45,047 nt of DNA from an uncultured Eubacteriales bacterium (lineage in GTDB: Bacteria > Bacillota > Clostridia > Lachnospirales > Lachnospiraceae): contig OMRR01000158.1 of assembly GCA_900313535.1 (NCBI GenBank), forward strand, positions 1 to 45,047. The letters run 5' to 3'. Positions 34,254 through 44,900 of the stretch are shown one piece after another. The position numbers and the translations under genes are program-made. The notes beneath the pieces were generated by a model. The model did no database searches and had not been told where the DNA came from. It worked only from the letters and a program-made list of their open reading frames with translations. Numbering within the stretch: position 1 is the stretch's first letter; each line of letters starts with the position of its first letter.

Positions 34254-34808
34254 ATGGGAATGGTAGTAATAGGGGTTATCCTAGCAATAGTAATATTGGT
34301 GGTTTTGTGGTTTATAGGCGTTCAAAGAATGCTTGTATCACTTGACGAGAATGTAAATAACGCAATGAGTCAAATCGGAGTAAATTTAACTTCAAGATTT
34401 GATGCACTTACAGGTCTTCTTGATCTTGTAAAGGGTTACAACGAGCATGAGTATAAGACTTTATCTGATGTAATAAAGATGAGAACAAGTATAGGTAGTA
34501 AGTCAACTGCAGCAGATGTGGATGCACAAGAGAATATAATCACAGAAGCTGTAGGTAAGATAATGGCTGTGGCAGAGGCCTATCCAGACCTTAAGTCAAA
34601 TACTAATTATCAAAATTTAATGAATTCTTTAAATGATTATGAGACTAAGGTTCGTCAAAGCAGACTTGTATATAATGATACAGTTACAAAGTTAAATAGA
34701 ACTATAAGAATGTTCCCTTACTTCATAGTAGCACCTATGTGTGGAGTATTACAAAGAGACTATTTGAAGACAGAAGATGCAAAGACAGAAATGCCTTCTA
34801 TGAAATAA
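34254..34808 (+). CDS. lemA: LemA family protein
   Basis: 184 aa with GGAGG RBS. It has an N-terminal TM anchor and the LemA-like core (NAMSQIGVNLTSRFD..L, AYPDLKSN, R..YN). Confidence 0.85.
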   Translation: MGMVVIGVILAIVILVVLWFIGVQRMLVSLDENVNNAMSQIGVNLTSRFDALTGLLDLVKGYNEHEYKTLSDVIKMRTSIGSKSTAADVDAQENIITEAVGKIMAVAEAYPDLKSNTNYQNLMNSLNDYETKVRQSRLVYNDTVTKLNRTIRMFPYFIVAPMCGVLQRDYLKTEDAKTEMPSMK

Positions 34809-36538
34809 TGAATAGAATATTTAATAAAAAACATATGAAAAAGTTTTCTTTACTTGCAATAATTTTTATTGCAAGTATTTTTAATTGCACATTGATATTT
34901 GCAAAGAACAATGTATCAAAAATATCTATGGATGTAGTAATTCATGATAATGGTAGTGCAAGTATAAAGGAAATATGGACAGGCACTTTTGATGAGGGCA
35001 CAGAAGTATATAAACCGATAGAGGACAAGAATTTAATAGTTAGAAACCTTAATGTATGGGTAAATAATCAAGAGTACATACCTACTGATACTTGGAATGT
35101 GAACTGGTCATTTGACCAAAAGACATTTAGAAGTGGTATAAATCGTACAACTAAAGGCGTAGAACTTTGTTTTGGAATATCACGCTATGGCAAGAACACT
35201 TATACTTTTACATATGATATAGACCCGCTTGTAAAATCATATAGAGAATCTGATGGGTTTAATTTTCAGTTTGTAAATCCTGAAATGTCAACCTTCCCAA
35301 CAGAAGTAAATCTAAGAATAGAACTTGAAAATGGAAGACAGATTACTGAAGACAATGCAAGAATTTGGGGTTTTGGATATAATGGAGAAGCTCGTTTCGC
35401 GAGTGGATATGCTGTGGCATTTACTACAAGTGATATGAGAAATTCAAATTATATGAATGTAACGCTTGAATTATTTAAAGGCCTAATAAATCCGAATGTG
35501 CGTGTTGATGGTACTTTTGAAGAGTTAGTTAGAGATGTAGCATTAGAAGACAGTGCATATAAGGAAGCACTTTTCTATGAAAACCAGTACCGCGAAAAGA
35601 GTGCATTTGAAATATTCATGGAAAATTTATTTTTCTTTTTGCCAATACTATTATTTGTATTTGGCTTTGTCGCTGCGATAGCCGCTGCGATAAAAAGAAA
35701 AATGGATTTAAAAAAGTTTTATAAAGAATGCAATTATTTTAGAGACACTCCAAATGCTGGGAATATACTTGTATCTCATGCTTTATTTCTTGACTTTGAC
35801 CTTTGGAATAGTAAAGAGAGCAATGTAATAGGTGCACTTGTTACAAAGATGATTAATGATGGCAACTTAGAACCAATACAAGAAAGAACTTATGGTTTTT
35901 TTGGAAATGAAAAAGTCAATACGAGTTTAAAGATAGGTAAAGAGCCTACTGATGAGACATTAAAAGAGCTTTACCAATTAATCATAAATGCAGCTGGAGA
36001 TGATGGCATACTTCAGGAAAATGAGTTAAAGAAATATGCTACGAAAAATGCTGATAGGTTAAATAACTTCTTAGACTCATTAAAGAGCAAGGGACAAAAT
36101 ATTTTAAATAAAGAGAATGCCTATACGAAATTATTTAGTAAGAATCTAAATGGATTAAGTGATATTGGGATGAAAGAATTGTCAGAAGTGTATGGACTTA
36201 GGAAGTTTCTGGATGAGTTTACATTGATAAGTGAGAGAAGTGTTACTGAAGGTGTGATATGGGAAAACTTACTTATATATGCTACGCTTTTTGGCATTGC
36301 AAAAAAAGTGCTTAAAGAACTTAAAGAGTTATACCCAGATAGGATAGTAGAGATTGAGCATTATGCAAATACATATTATATTTCAGATGTGTATTTTAGG
36401 ACCTTATACTATAATGCGGTAAGGAATGCCCAGGCTGCTAAAATGGCTACTATGGCAGCCAAAGGCTTTGGCGGGGCAGCATCTATAGGTGGTGGAGGAG
36501 GATTCTCTGGTGGCGGACATGGTGGCGGTACTAGATAA
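34808..36538 (+). CDS. DUF2207-like membrane protein with Gly-rich C-terminal tail
   Basis: The ATG overlaps the lemA stop (TAATG). It has a signal/TM segment, an extracellular domain, mid-protein TM segments and a terminal GGGGGFSGGGHGGG tail. It sits immediately after lemA, as DUF2207 genes commonly do. Confidence 0.65.
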   Translation: MNRIFNKKHMKKFSLLAIIFIASIFNCTLIFAKNNVSKISMDVVIHDNGSASIKEIWTGTFDEGTEVYKPIEDKNLIVRNLNVWVNNQEYIPTDTWNVNWSFDQKTFRSGINRTTKGVELCFGISRYGKNTYTFTYDIDPLVKSYRESDGFNFQFVNPEMSTFPTEVNLRIELENGRQITEDNARIWGFGYNGEARFASGYAVAFTTSDMRNSNYMNVTLELFKGLINPNVRVDGTFEELVRDVALEDSAYKEALFYENQYREKSAFEIFMENLFFFLPILLFVFGFVAAIAAAIKRKMDLKKFYKECNYFRDTPNAGNILVSHALFLDFDLWNSKESNVIGALVTKMINDGNLEPIQERTYGFFGNEKVNTSLKIGKEPTDETLKELYQLIINAAGDDGILQENELKKYATKNADRLNNFLDSLKSKGQNILNKENAYTKLFSKNLNGLSDIGMKELSEVYGLRKFLDEFTLISERSVTEGVIWENLLIYATLFGIAKKVLKELKELYPDRIVEIEHYANTYYISDVYFRTLYYNAVRNAQAAKMATMAAKGFGGAASIGGGGGFSGGGHGGGTR

Positions 36539-36751
36539 AAAGCCCTAAAAATGCGCATTTATGCATTTTTACCAATAAATATAATGCAATAAAAATGTAA
36601 AAAAATGTACCCAAAAAAGTAAAAATATGGTAAAATATTCACAAGTTTATAATTAAAGAAACCAAATAAATTATGTAGGGTTTCTTAAAATATTAAAGAG
36701 TGTGTAAAATGTTTTGCATATTCTTGTTATAAAATCAGGAGGGAATTTAAA

Positions 36752-37876
36752 ATGAAAAAGTTATTATCTGTCCTTCTTGCTACAATGATGGTTGTATCTT
36801 TAGTAGCATGTGGACAAAGCTCTGGACCTGCAGCAACAAGCAATGCAGGAGCACAAAAGGAAACATTTGACTTAGCATTAGTTACAGATCTTGGTACTAT
36901 TGATGACAAATCATTCAACCAAGGTGCATGGGAAGGACTTGTAAAGTATGCAAATGAGAAAGGAATTTCTCACAAGTATTATCAACCACAAGAAGCAGGA
37001 ACAAATGCTTATTTTGAGACAATTGAACTTGCTATTGAAGGTGGAGCAAAATTAGTTGTATGCCCAGGATACTTATTTGAGGAGCCTGTATATATGGCAC
37101 AACAACAATACCCAGATATTCATTTCGTTCTTTTAGATGGTGAGCCACATAATGCTGATTACAGCGATTATAAAACTGGTGCAAACACTATGCCTATCCT
37201 TTATCAAGAGGATCAAGCTGGTTTCCTTGCAGGATATGCAGCAGTTAAAGATGGTAACACTAAACTTGGTTTCTTAGGTGGTATGGCAGTTCCAGCTGTT
37301 ATCCGTTTCGGACTTGGCTATGTACAAGGAATCGATGCAGCAGCTAAAGAGCTTGGCGTGCAATGTGATGTAAAGTATAACTATACTGGACAATTCGCAG
37401 CTACTCCAGAAGCACAAGCACTTGCGGCTTCTTGGTATAACACAGGAACAGAAGTTGTATTTGGATGTGGTGGTGCAGTTGGTAACTCAGCAATGAGCGC
37501 TGCAGAAGGAAAGAATCAACAAGAAGGTAGTTTCGTAGCTAAGGTTATTGGTGTAGACGTTGACCAATATTCTGAGAGTGACACAGTTATCACATCAGCT
37601 ATGAAGATGTTATCAAATTCAGTTTATGATGCTATCACAATGTATTATAATGGCAGTTTCCCAGGCGGAAAGACAACAACATTTAATGTAAATAATGATG
37701 GCGTTGGCGCAGCCATGGATCATGCTAAATTCAATACATTCACAAAAGCAGATTATGATGTATTATATGCAGACCTTAAGGGTGGCAAATATAATATAAA
37801 GAATGATGTTACTGAATCAGACCCAAGTAAAGCAGATCTTGGATTAACAAATACAACAGTTACATTTATTCAATAA
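36752..37876 (+). CDS. BMP-family (PnrA/Med-like) ABC substrate-binding lipoprotein, probably nucleoside-binding
   Basis: Lipobox LVAC, DLGTIDDKSFNQGAWEG motif, AGGAGGG RBS. Confidence 0.85.
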   Translation: MKKLLSVLLATMMVVSLVACGQSSGPAATSNAGAQKETFDLALVTDLGTIDDKSFNQGAWEGLVKYANEKGISHKYYQPQEAGTNAYFETIELAIEGGAKLVVCPGYLFEEPVYMAQQQYPDIHFVLLDGEPHNADYSDYKTGANTMPILYQEDQAGFLAGYAAVKDGNTKLGFLGGMAVPAVIRFGLGYVQGIDAAAKELGVQCDVKYNYTGQFAATPEAQALAASWYNTGTEVVFGCGGAVGNSAMSAAEGKNQQEGSFVAKVIGVDVDQYSESDTVITSAMKMLSNSVYDAITMYYNGSFPGGKTTTFNVNNDGVGAAMDHAKFNTFTKADYDVLYADLKGGKYNIKNDVTESDPSKADLGLTNTTVTFIQ

Positions 37877-37890
37877 TTATTGAAATATCA

Positions 37891-37923
37891 AATAGGACTC
37901 ATTTAATATGGGTCCTATTTTTT
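37891..37923 (+). terminator. intra-operon terminator/attenuator hairpin after the binding-protein gene
   Basis: AATAGGAC (37891-37898) pairs with GTCCTATT (37912-37919), followed by T4. Confidence 0.65.
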
Positions 37924-37930
37924 ATATAAG

Positions 37931-37961
37931 CAGGGCTTTTACTTTAGGAGCCCGTAAGGAG
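37931..37961 (+). repeat. type-B GC-rich hairpin plus SD in front of the ABC ATPase gene
   Basis: CAGGGCTTTTACTTTAGGAGCCCGTAAGGAG. Stem GGGCT / AGCCC. AAGGAG lies 5 nt before ATG 37967. Confidence 0.6.
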
Positions 37962-37966
37962 TACAC

Positions 37967-39529
37967 ATGGCAGAATATGCAATTGAAATGCGAAATATAA
38001 CTTTATCATTTGCGCGTAAAATTGCAAACGATAATGTTACTTTGCAATTAAAAAAAGGTGAGGTACATGCGCTGTTAGGTGAAAACGGTGCAGGTAAATC
38101 TACACTTATGAATGTACTTTTTGGACTTTACAAAGCTGATAGTGGTGAAATATATGTAAATGGCAAAAAGGAAATAATTGACAATGCGGTTACTGCAAAT
38201 AAACTTGGCATAGGAATGGTGCATCAACACTTTAAGTTGGTTCATAATTTCACTGTACTTGAGAATATAGTACTTGGTGTAGAAGAGACAAAATTTGGAA
38301 TATTAAAACTTGCAGATGCAAGAAAAAGAGTAACTGAGTTGTGTGATAAATATAAATTTAATCTTGATTTGGATGCTAAGATAGAAGATATAACTGTTGG
38401 TATGCAACAGAGAACAGAAATCTTAAAGATGCTTTTTAGAAATAATGAAATAATGATTTTTGATGAGCCTACAGCAGTTCTTACTCCACAAGAGATTGAA
38501 GAGTTTATGATTATAGTAAAGAACTTGAAAGCAGAGGGTAAATCAATATTATTTATATCTCATAAACTTGATGAGATAAAGGAAGTTGCAGATAGATGTT
38601 CTATACTTAGAAAAGGAAAATTAATTAAAACTGTAGATGTAGCTTCTGTATCAAAAGAAGAAATGTCTGAGATGATGGTAGGTAGAAAGGTAAATCTTAA
38701 AGTTGATAAGGCACCTGCTAAGATTGGCGATAAGGTTCTCGAAGTTCGTAAGATGACTGTGGCAGGGGAGAGAGGACATAAAGATAAAGTAAATAATGTA
38801 AGTTTCACAGTTAGAGCTGGCGAGATAGTATGTATCGCAGGTATTGATGGAAATGGTCAATCTGAGTTAGTAAAAGGTATAACTGGTATAAAGAAAATTA
38901 AATCTGGAACTATAGTTATAGATGGAAAAGATTATACCAATAAATCAATAAGATTTAAAAATACTCATGGTATATCACATATTCCTGAAGATAGACATAG
39001 AGATGGTTTGATACTTGACTATGATATGGAAAAGAATATGGTTCTTCAAGAGTATTTTGAAGATAAATTTTCTAAAAATGGTTTCTTAAATGAGAAGAAC
39101 ATAAACGAGTATACGAGAAAATTAATTGAAGAGTATGACATAAGAAGTTTGAGTGGACCTTATAGTAGAGTTCGTGATATGTCAGGTGGTAACCAACAAA
39201 AGATTATAGTTGCAAGAGAGATGACAAAAGAGCATAAACTTATGATAGCTGTGCAACCAACTCGTGGTCTTGATGTAGGTGCTATAGAATATATTCATAA
39301 GAACATAGTTAAACTTCGTGATAAAGGCATAGGAGTTTTACTTGTATCATTTGAACTTGAAGAAGTTATGAATCTTGCAGATAGAATTTTAGTAATGTTT
39401 GAAGGTGAGATAGTTGGTGAGTTTACTGACATCAAGAACCTTGACTTAAATGAACTTGGACTTTATATGGCTGGTGGAAAGAGAATGACTGAAGAAGAAA
39501 TGATAAAAAGATATCAGGAGGTGGCATAG
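37967..39529 (+). CDS. ABC transporter ATP-binding protein, duplicated ATPase (nucleoside/sugar CUT2 type)
   Basis: 520 aa. Walker A GENGAGKST, a second degenerate P-loop GIDGNGQSE, and signature MSGGNQQK. Confidence 0.9.
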   Translation: MAEYAIEMRNITLSFARKIANDNVTLQLKKGEVHALLGENGAGKSTLMNVLFGLYKADSGEIYVNGKKEIIDNAVTANKLGIGMVHQHFKLVHNFTVLENIVLGVEETKFGILKLADARKRVTELCDKYKFNLDLDAKIEDITVGMQQRTEILKMLFRNNEIMIFDEPTAVLTPQEIEEFMIIVKNLKAEGKSILFISHKLDEIKEVADRCSILRKGKLIKTVDVASVSKEEMSEMMVGRKVNLKVDKAPAKIGDKVLEVRKMTVAGERGHKDKVNNVSFTVRAGEIVCIAGIDGNGQSELVKGITGIKKIKSGTIVIDGKDYTNKSIRFKNTHGISHIPEDRHRDGLILDYDMEKNMVLQEYFEDKFSKNGFLNEKNINEYTRKLIEEYDIRSLSGPYSRVRDMSGGNQQKIIVAREMTKEHKLMIAVQPTRGLDVGAIEYIHKNIVKLRDKGIGVLLVSFELEEVMNLADRILVMFEGEIVGEFTDIKNLDLNELGLYMAGGKRMTEEEMIKRYQEVA

Positions 39530-40666
39530 ATGAAAAAGAAATTTGATTTCGCTCCATTTGTCGCTTCGCTTATGGCAATAGTTTGTGGACTTGTTATTGG
39601 ATTTATTATCCTTATTATATCTAACCCAACTGAAGCAGTTGCAGGTTTTGGAACTATACTTTCAGGACCTTTAACACATGGTATGAAAGGTGTAGGACAG
39701 GTATTTTATTACGCGACACCACTTATACTTTGTGGTCTTTCAGTAGGATTTGCATTTAAGACAGGTCTTTTTAATATCGGTGGCTCTGGTCAATTCTTGA
39801 TGGGAGCTTTCGGTGGAGTACTTGTAGGACTTACATGCAAACAACTCGGACCTTTCCAATGGGTTGTAGCTTTACTTTTTGCTACTTTACTTGGCGCTAT
39901 CTGGGGAGCTATACCTGGAATTCTTAAAGCATATTTTAATGTTAATGAAGTAATAACTTGTATCATGCTCAACTATATTGCTCTTTTCTGGGTAAATATG
40001 ACTGTAAAAGGTAGCAAGTTATTATTTAATAATTTAAGAAATGAATCTGCAGATATACCAAAGGCTGCTACTATACCAAAGCTTGGATTTGATAAGATAT
40101 TTGAAGGTTCATCAGTAAATAGTGGTATTATTATAGCAATATTAGTAGCAATATTACTTTATATCATACTTGAAAAAACTACATTTGGATATGAGTTAAA
40201 AGCTTGCGGACTTAATAAAGTGGCAAGTAAATACGCTGGTATAAATGAAAATAGATCTATAGTATATAGCATGGTTATAGCAGGAGCCATAGCAGGTCTT
40301 GCTGGTGGCATAATGCTTTTATCAGGAACAGGACGTCATATAGAGATCAAAGATGTTATACCAAATGAAGGATTTAATGGTATCTCAGTTGCACTTCTTG
40401 GTGTAAGTAACCCTATAGGAGTTATTTTTAGTGGACTCTTTATAGCATATCTTACAGCTGGAGGATTCTACTTACAATTATTCCATTTCTCAAAAGAAAT
40501 CATAGATATAATTATAGCAATTATAATTTACTTCTCAGCATTTGCATTAATCATTAAGAAGATAATGGAAAAGATTAAAAAACGAAATGAACACGCGACG
40601 AGTCAAGATGATACGGGAGCCGCGGTAAATCAAGATAAGCCAGTTACGGCTGAAAGGAGCGCATAG
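39530..40666 (+). CDS. ABC transporter permease (BMP/CUT2 system)
   Basis: 378 aa, multi-TM. The ATG abuts the ATPase stop codon. Confidence 0.85.
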   Translation: MKKKFDFAPFVASLMAIVCGLVIGFIILIISNPTEAVAGFGTILSGPLTHGMKGVGQVFYYATPLILCGLSVGFAFKTGLFNIGGSGQFLMGAFGGVLVGLTCKQLGPFQWVVALLFATLLGAIWGAIPGILKAYFNVNEVITCIMLNYIALFWVNMTVKGSKLLFNNLRNESADIPKAATIPKLGFDKIFEGSSVNSGIIIAILVAILLYIILEKTTFGYELKACGLNKVASKYAGINENRSIVYSMVIAGAIAGLAGGIMLLSGTGRHIEIKDVIPNEGFNGISVALLGVSNPIGVIFSGLFIAYLTAGGFYLQLFHFSKEIIDIIIAIIIYFSAFALIIKKIMEKIKKRNEHATSQDDTGAAVNQDKPVTAERSA

Positions 40667-40667
40667 T

Positions 40668-41621
40668 ATGGAAATATTATATTTCTTAATTCAACAAACT
40701 TTACTTTTCATGATACCGCTTCTTATAGTTGCTCTCGGTGGTATGTTTTCAGAGAGGTCAGGTGTAGTAAACATCGCCCTTGAAGGTATCATGGTAATGG
40801 GTGCATTCACAAGTATACTTTTTATTAACATGACACAGGGCTTTATGTCTGGGAATGCACAACTTATAGTTGCTATACTTATAGCAGCTGCGACAGGTAT
40901 ATTGTTTAGTTTATTCCATGCTTTGGCATCAGTAAACTTAAAAGCAGATCAAACTATATCTGGTACTGCACTTAATATGTTTGCTCCAGCTTTTGCTATA
41001 TTCGTAGCAAGAATAATTCAGACAGTTCAACAAATAGAGTTTAAAAATACATTTAGAATAGTTGAAGTTCCAATTTTATCAAAGATAGCAATTATTGGTG
41101 AGATGTTATTTAAGAATTCTTATATCACAACTTACCTTGGTATAATAATACTTATTTTATCAAGTATAGTATTATATAAGACAAAGTTTGGATTGAGACT
41201 TCGTTCTTGTGGAGAAAATCCACATGCTGCGAATACAGCAGGTATAAAGGTAGAATTGATTCAATATGCAGGAGTTATGATTTCTGGAGCACTTGCAGGT
41301 ATTGGAGGACTTGTATTTGTAGTTCCTACATCTACAAACTTCAACGCCACAGTTTCTGGTTATGGATTCCTTGCGCTTGCCGTTCTCATCTTTGGTCAAT
41401 GGAAACCTAAATATATATTACTTGCATCATTCTTCTTCGGATTTATGAAGGCACTCTCAAATAGTTATGCAAGTATACCATTTTTATTTGCACTCAATAT
41501 ACAAAGTAATATTTATAAGATGGTACCATATATTGCCACTGTACTTGTGCTGATATTTACTTCAAAGAAATCAGCAGCACCAAAGGCATCTGGTATCCCA
41601 TTCGATAAGATGCAAAGATAA
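40668..41621 (+). CDS. ABC transporter permease (BMP/CUT2 system)
   Basis: 317 aa, multi-TM. It starts 1 nt after the previous stop. Confidence 0.85.
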   Translation: MEILYFLIQQTLLFMIPLLIVALGGMFSERSGVVNIALEGIMVMGAFTSILFINMTQGFMSGNAQLIVAILIAAATGILFSLFHALASVNLKADQTISGTALNMFAPAFAIFVARIIQTVQQIEFKNTFRIVEVPILSKIAIIGEMLFKNSYITTYLGIIILILSSIVLYKTKFGLRLRSCGENPHAANTAGIKVELIQYAGVMISGALAGIGGLVFVVPTSTNFNATVSGYGFLALAVLIFGQWKPKYILLASFFFGFMKALSNSYASIPFLFALNIQSNIYKMVPYIATVLVLIFTSKKSAAPKASGIPFDKMQR

Positions 41622-41757
41622 TATGATGTAAGTCGGATGTCAATGTAGGGCTAAGCTCGTGAGTCTTTCGTGGGGATCCTTTAGAAACTATTTGTGTTGG
41701 TGAATTTTAGAAGTTCAATGTATGTTGAACTATGCGAGCCAAAATAAATTGATTTTT

Positions 41758-41782
41758 GGGGCAAGGAATTGCCCCTTTTTTA
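41758..41782 (+). terminator. intrinsic terminator of the ABC operon
   Basis: GGGGCAA, loop GGAA, TTGCCCC, then T6. Confidence 0.85.
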
Positions 41783-41842
41783 TTGCAAATTCATATAGTT
41801 CTTATAAATTCACAAAATTCAAAACTATTCATGTAAATGTAT

Positions 41843-41871
41843 TTGAGTTTTATAATTAATAGTCGTATAAT
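41843..41871 (+). promoter_or_regulatory. sigma-A-type promoter candidate for the cysteine protease gene
   Basis: TTGAGT (41843-41848), 17-nt spacer, TATAAT (41866-41871). The leader is about 100 nt and has two small hairpins. Confidence 0.5.
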
Positions 41872-41979
41872 GATATAAGCCTTATAGAATTAATGTTCAT
41901 AGGGCTGTTTATGTGCATTTACTTGTATAGCGGAACAGGAGGGATCCGCAAATTTTGTTGTGTAAAGGAGGTTTTTATT

Positions 41980-44900
41980 ATGAATTTTAAAAGAATTTGT
42001 GCAACTTTACTTTGTGTTACTATGGTATTGTGCGAGACAATGCCACACTTTGCATCAGAGTTAGGAGAAATCATATCTTCGGCTATCCCAAGTAGCAATG
42101 AAGAACAGCCTTATCATGATATGAATACTGGTGAGCCGAGTGTTCAAAATGTCTTAGGTACAGAAAATAATGGGAATAATGATAGTAAGATTGGTATAAG
42201 TGATGAACCAGAAGGAAACTTGAATGATGAAGACAAGTTTTCAAATGATGATGGTAATAGTGGCGGAGCTGGTGAAAATGATGGAAGTGGAGAAGCTAGT
42301 GACGATGGTAATGCTAGCGAAGGTGGCAATGGTAGTGAGAAGACGGGTATTAAAGGTGAAGAAGGTGAAGGAGACAAAGGCGAAGAGAACAAAGGTGATG
42401 GTATAAGCACAGAGAATGAAAACTCAAATTCGGAAAAGAAAGATTCGGAAAAGTCAAATGAAGGTGATGATGCATCTGGAAAAATTAATTTAGATAATAA
42501 AAATAATGAAAACCAAAATAATATAAATGATACAGAATATGATACAGAGTCAACAAGTTCTGACGCTGATTTCGATGACAATGTAAATGATAGCAAAAAG
42601 CAAAAAGTTGAAGCGGAAAATGACAATGTAAGTAATGATGTAAGTAACGATGAAAGCGAGAAAGAAAATATAAGGAATGATAAGGCAAGTAGTAGTGAAA
42701 CAGAATTAGATAATATTGAAAATACATATGGCGAAGAAAATATAGTTTCAACTGATAGTGAGTTAGAAAAAGATGAAGAAAAAGAACCATTTTTTGGATA
42801 CGTAGATTCTAATTTGCCACCAATTGAGTTTAAGGAAAGAAATAATAATAGATTGTTTGGTTCAAATCTAGAAAGGTCATATGATTCAAGAAATGTAATT
42901 AATGATAGCGGATACTCTGTAGTTGGCCCTATAAGAGATCAATCTCCTCTTGGCACTTGTTGGGCATTTGCCACCATAGGTATGATGGAAACATCTATTA
43001 GAATTAAAAATTTAGTAACTGGTTCAACGGAAGCAGAGTATGAGAAAAATGCAGATTTGAGTGAGGCAGCTTTTTCTTATTATGTAATTGAAGGTTTGAA
43101 AAATGTAACTAATTCAGAGCATATAGATAGACCTGGAGTAGAAGGAAGAGATTATAATGCCTTAGATAAAGATTTATATCACAATGAAGGTTATGACGGT
43201 GTAAATTTTGGTAATGTAGGTGGAAATTACATAGATGCTACACTTGTAGGCACTACTTATATGGGAGCAACATTAGAAGAGAATGTTCCATATAATGAAG
43301 TATTGTTAGAGTATATGGAAAATAATGGTCTTACTGGTGATGCTAATGAATATGCATTTAATAGAAATGCATATGAGATGGCAAATGTAAGCATTATCTC
43401 TAAACAAGATAGACTTGGTATAAAAGAAGCTGTAATGAGAAATGGTTCTGTAGGTGTATCATATCATGAAGCTCAAAAAGGATATTCTATCAAAAATGTT
43501 GGCGATGAATGGTATTACATGTCTCCAAGAAAACTTGATGGCCTTGGAAATAAAGTTGCAAGAAATGCTAATCATGCAGTTCTTATAGTTGGTTGGGATG
43601 ATGATGTGCCTGCTGAATATTTTACTTACTATAACAAAGACGTAGATGATACAGATAGTCCTGTTGGCCCTGGTGCTTGGCTTATAAGAAATAGCTGGGG
43701 TGAATATGATAATTCTCACGATGGTTATTTTTGGTTATCATATTATGATCCATCTATAAGTGATGGATTATATTCTATAGATGCAGTGAAAGCTGATACT
43801 TACAAATACAATTACCATTACGACACCACTAGTTCGGATGAATATTTTGATACTTTAAATGATTTAAACACTTATGAAATAGGAAATATTTTTAAAGTAA
43901 GCGATGATATAAATCAAAAATTGGATGCTGTAAATTTTGCTCACTATAGTCCTATAGGCAATGCAAGTATTAAAATATATACTAACAACAATCCTATGGA
44001 AAACCCTACTGATGGTGAGCTTAGACTTACACAACAAGTATCATATGATGGTCAAGGTATATTTACTATACCACTTGAACATAGTATAACTTTAAGGAAA
44101 AATACTTATTTTTCTGTAGTGTTGAATTTTACAGGAAATGTTAAGTTCTTTGTTGATGAGTCTGTAGATTATTGGACAGGTAATCCAAGAGTTAATATGA
44201 ATGAAGTTGAAAGAGGACAAAGTTTATATAAAGACAAAGATACAGGAGTGTGGATAGATTTAAATGTAGAAGGTACATTTACAAGAGACGATATATTGTA
44301 TGGTAGAAATTTTAGAATAAGAGCATTGACTAATGAGGCAGGACTTTTGTCATTTGATGCTGATGGTGGTACAGGCTTTATGGAAAGTATCTTAGCAACA
44401 CCAGGTGAAACTATAAAATTGCCAAAGAATGTGTTTGTAAAAAAAGGATGCAAATTCTTGCATTGGGTTGATGGAGACGGAAATGAATATGATGATGAGG
44501 CTGAGATAGATTTAGAGGACAATCTAGTATTGAAAGCAGTGTGGGAAGAGACAGTTTATAATATATCTTATGGTTGGTTTGATTCTGCTCTTGCCAATAA
44601 GAATAAAAATGAAATAACAAAGATTAATATAGCTGTATACCCTACTGCATCTCCAACAAATGTTGACTATGAGTGGGATATAGCAGATAGCAATGGTCTT
44701 AAGGGATATATAAAGGGAACAGAGGTTACTATCTATGCGCCAGAGCATGGAAATATCTATGTAGATGAGGATGGATCATATTTATTCTCATGTAAGCATT
44801 ACAATTCAGATGATGTATTTGACGGAGTTGATATTGAGAATTCATTTGTCTATGTTTCTGAATTAAATGGGTTAGACAATTTAGTTACAAGTAGAGTTCA

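Noticed and set aside
1765-34807. N-terminal extensions proposed by the ORF track (TTG 1765, 6566, 9335, TTG 18562, GTG 20652, 21051, TTG 28308, 33061, 34739).
   Set aside because: In each case a downstream ATG is the better start. It has an SD or -10 box at proper spacing and a canonical N-terminus (signal peptide, lipobox or G-loop). The extensions overlap upstream genes or promoter elements.
36600-36751. Possible purine/nucleoside riboswitch in the leader of the BMP ABC operon (AUAUGG and AAGUUU strings, hairpin AAGAAACC/GGTTTCTT).
   Set aside because: The conserved purine-riboswitch junctions (UCUACC, CCGUAAA loop, GACUA) are missing. Only a simple hairpin is supported.
41172-41410. Two overlapping 67-75-aa ORFs on both strands inside the second permease gene.
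   Set aside because: They are embedded in a multi-TM permease ORF with good context, so they are alternative-frame artefacts.
42144-44748. Minus-strand ORFs listed in the track (42144-42626 Ser/Pro/Phe-rich, 42485-42790, 43459-43719, 44169-44522, 44411-44620, 44524-44748).
   Set aside because: All lie antisense to the uninterrupted plus-strand C1 protease ORF. The Ser/Pro-rich one is the complement of the acidic GAx/GGx-rich region.
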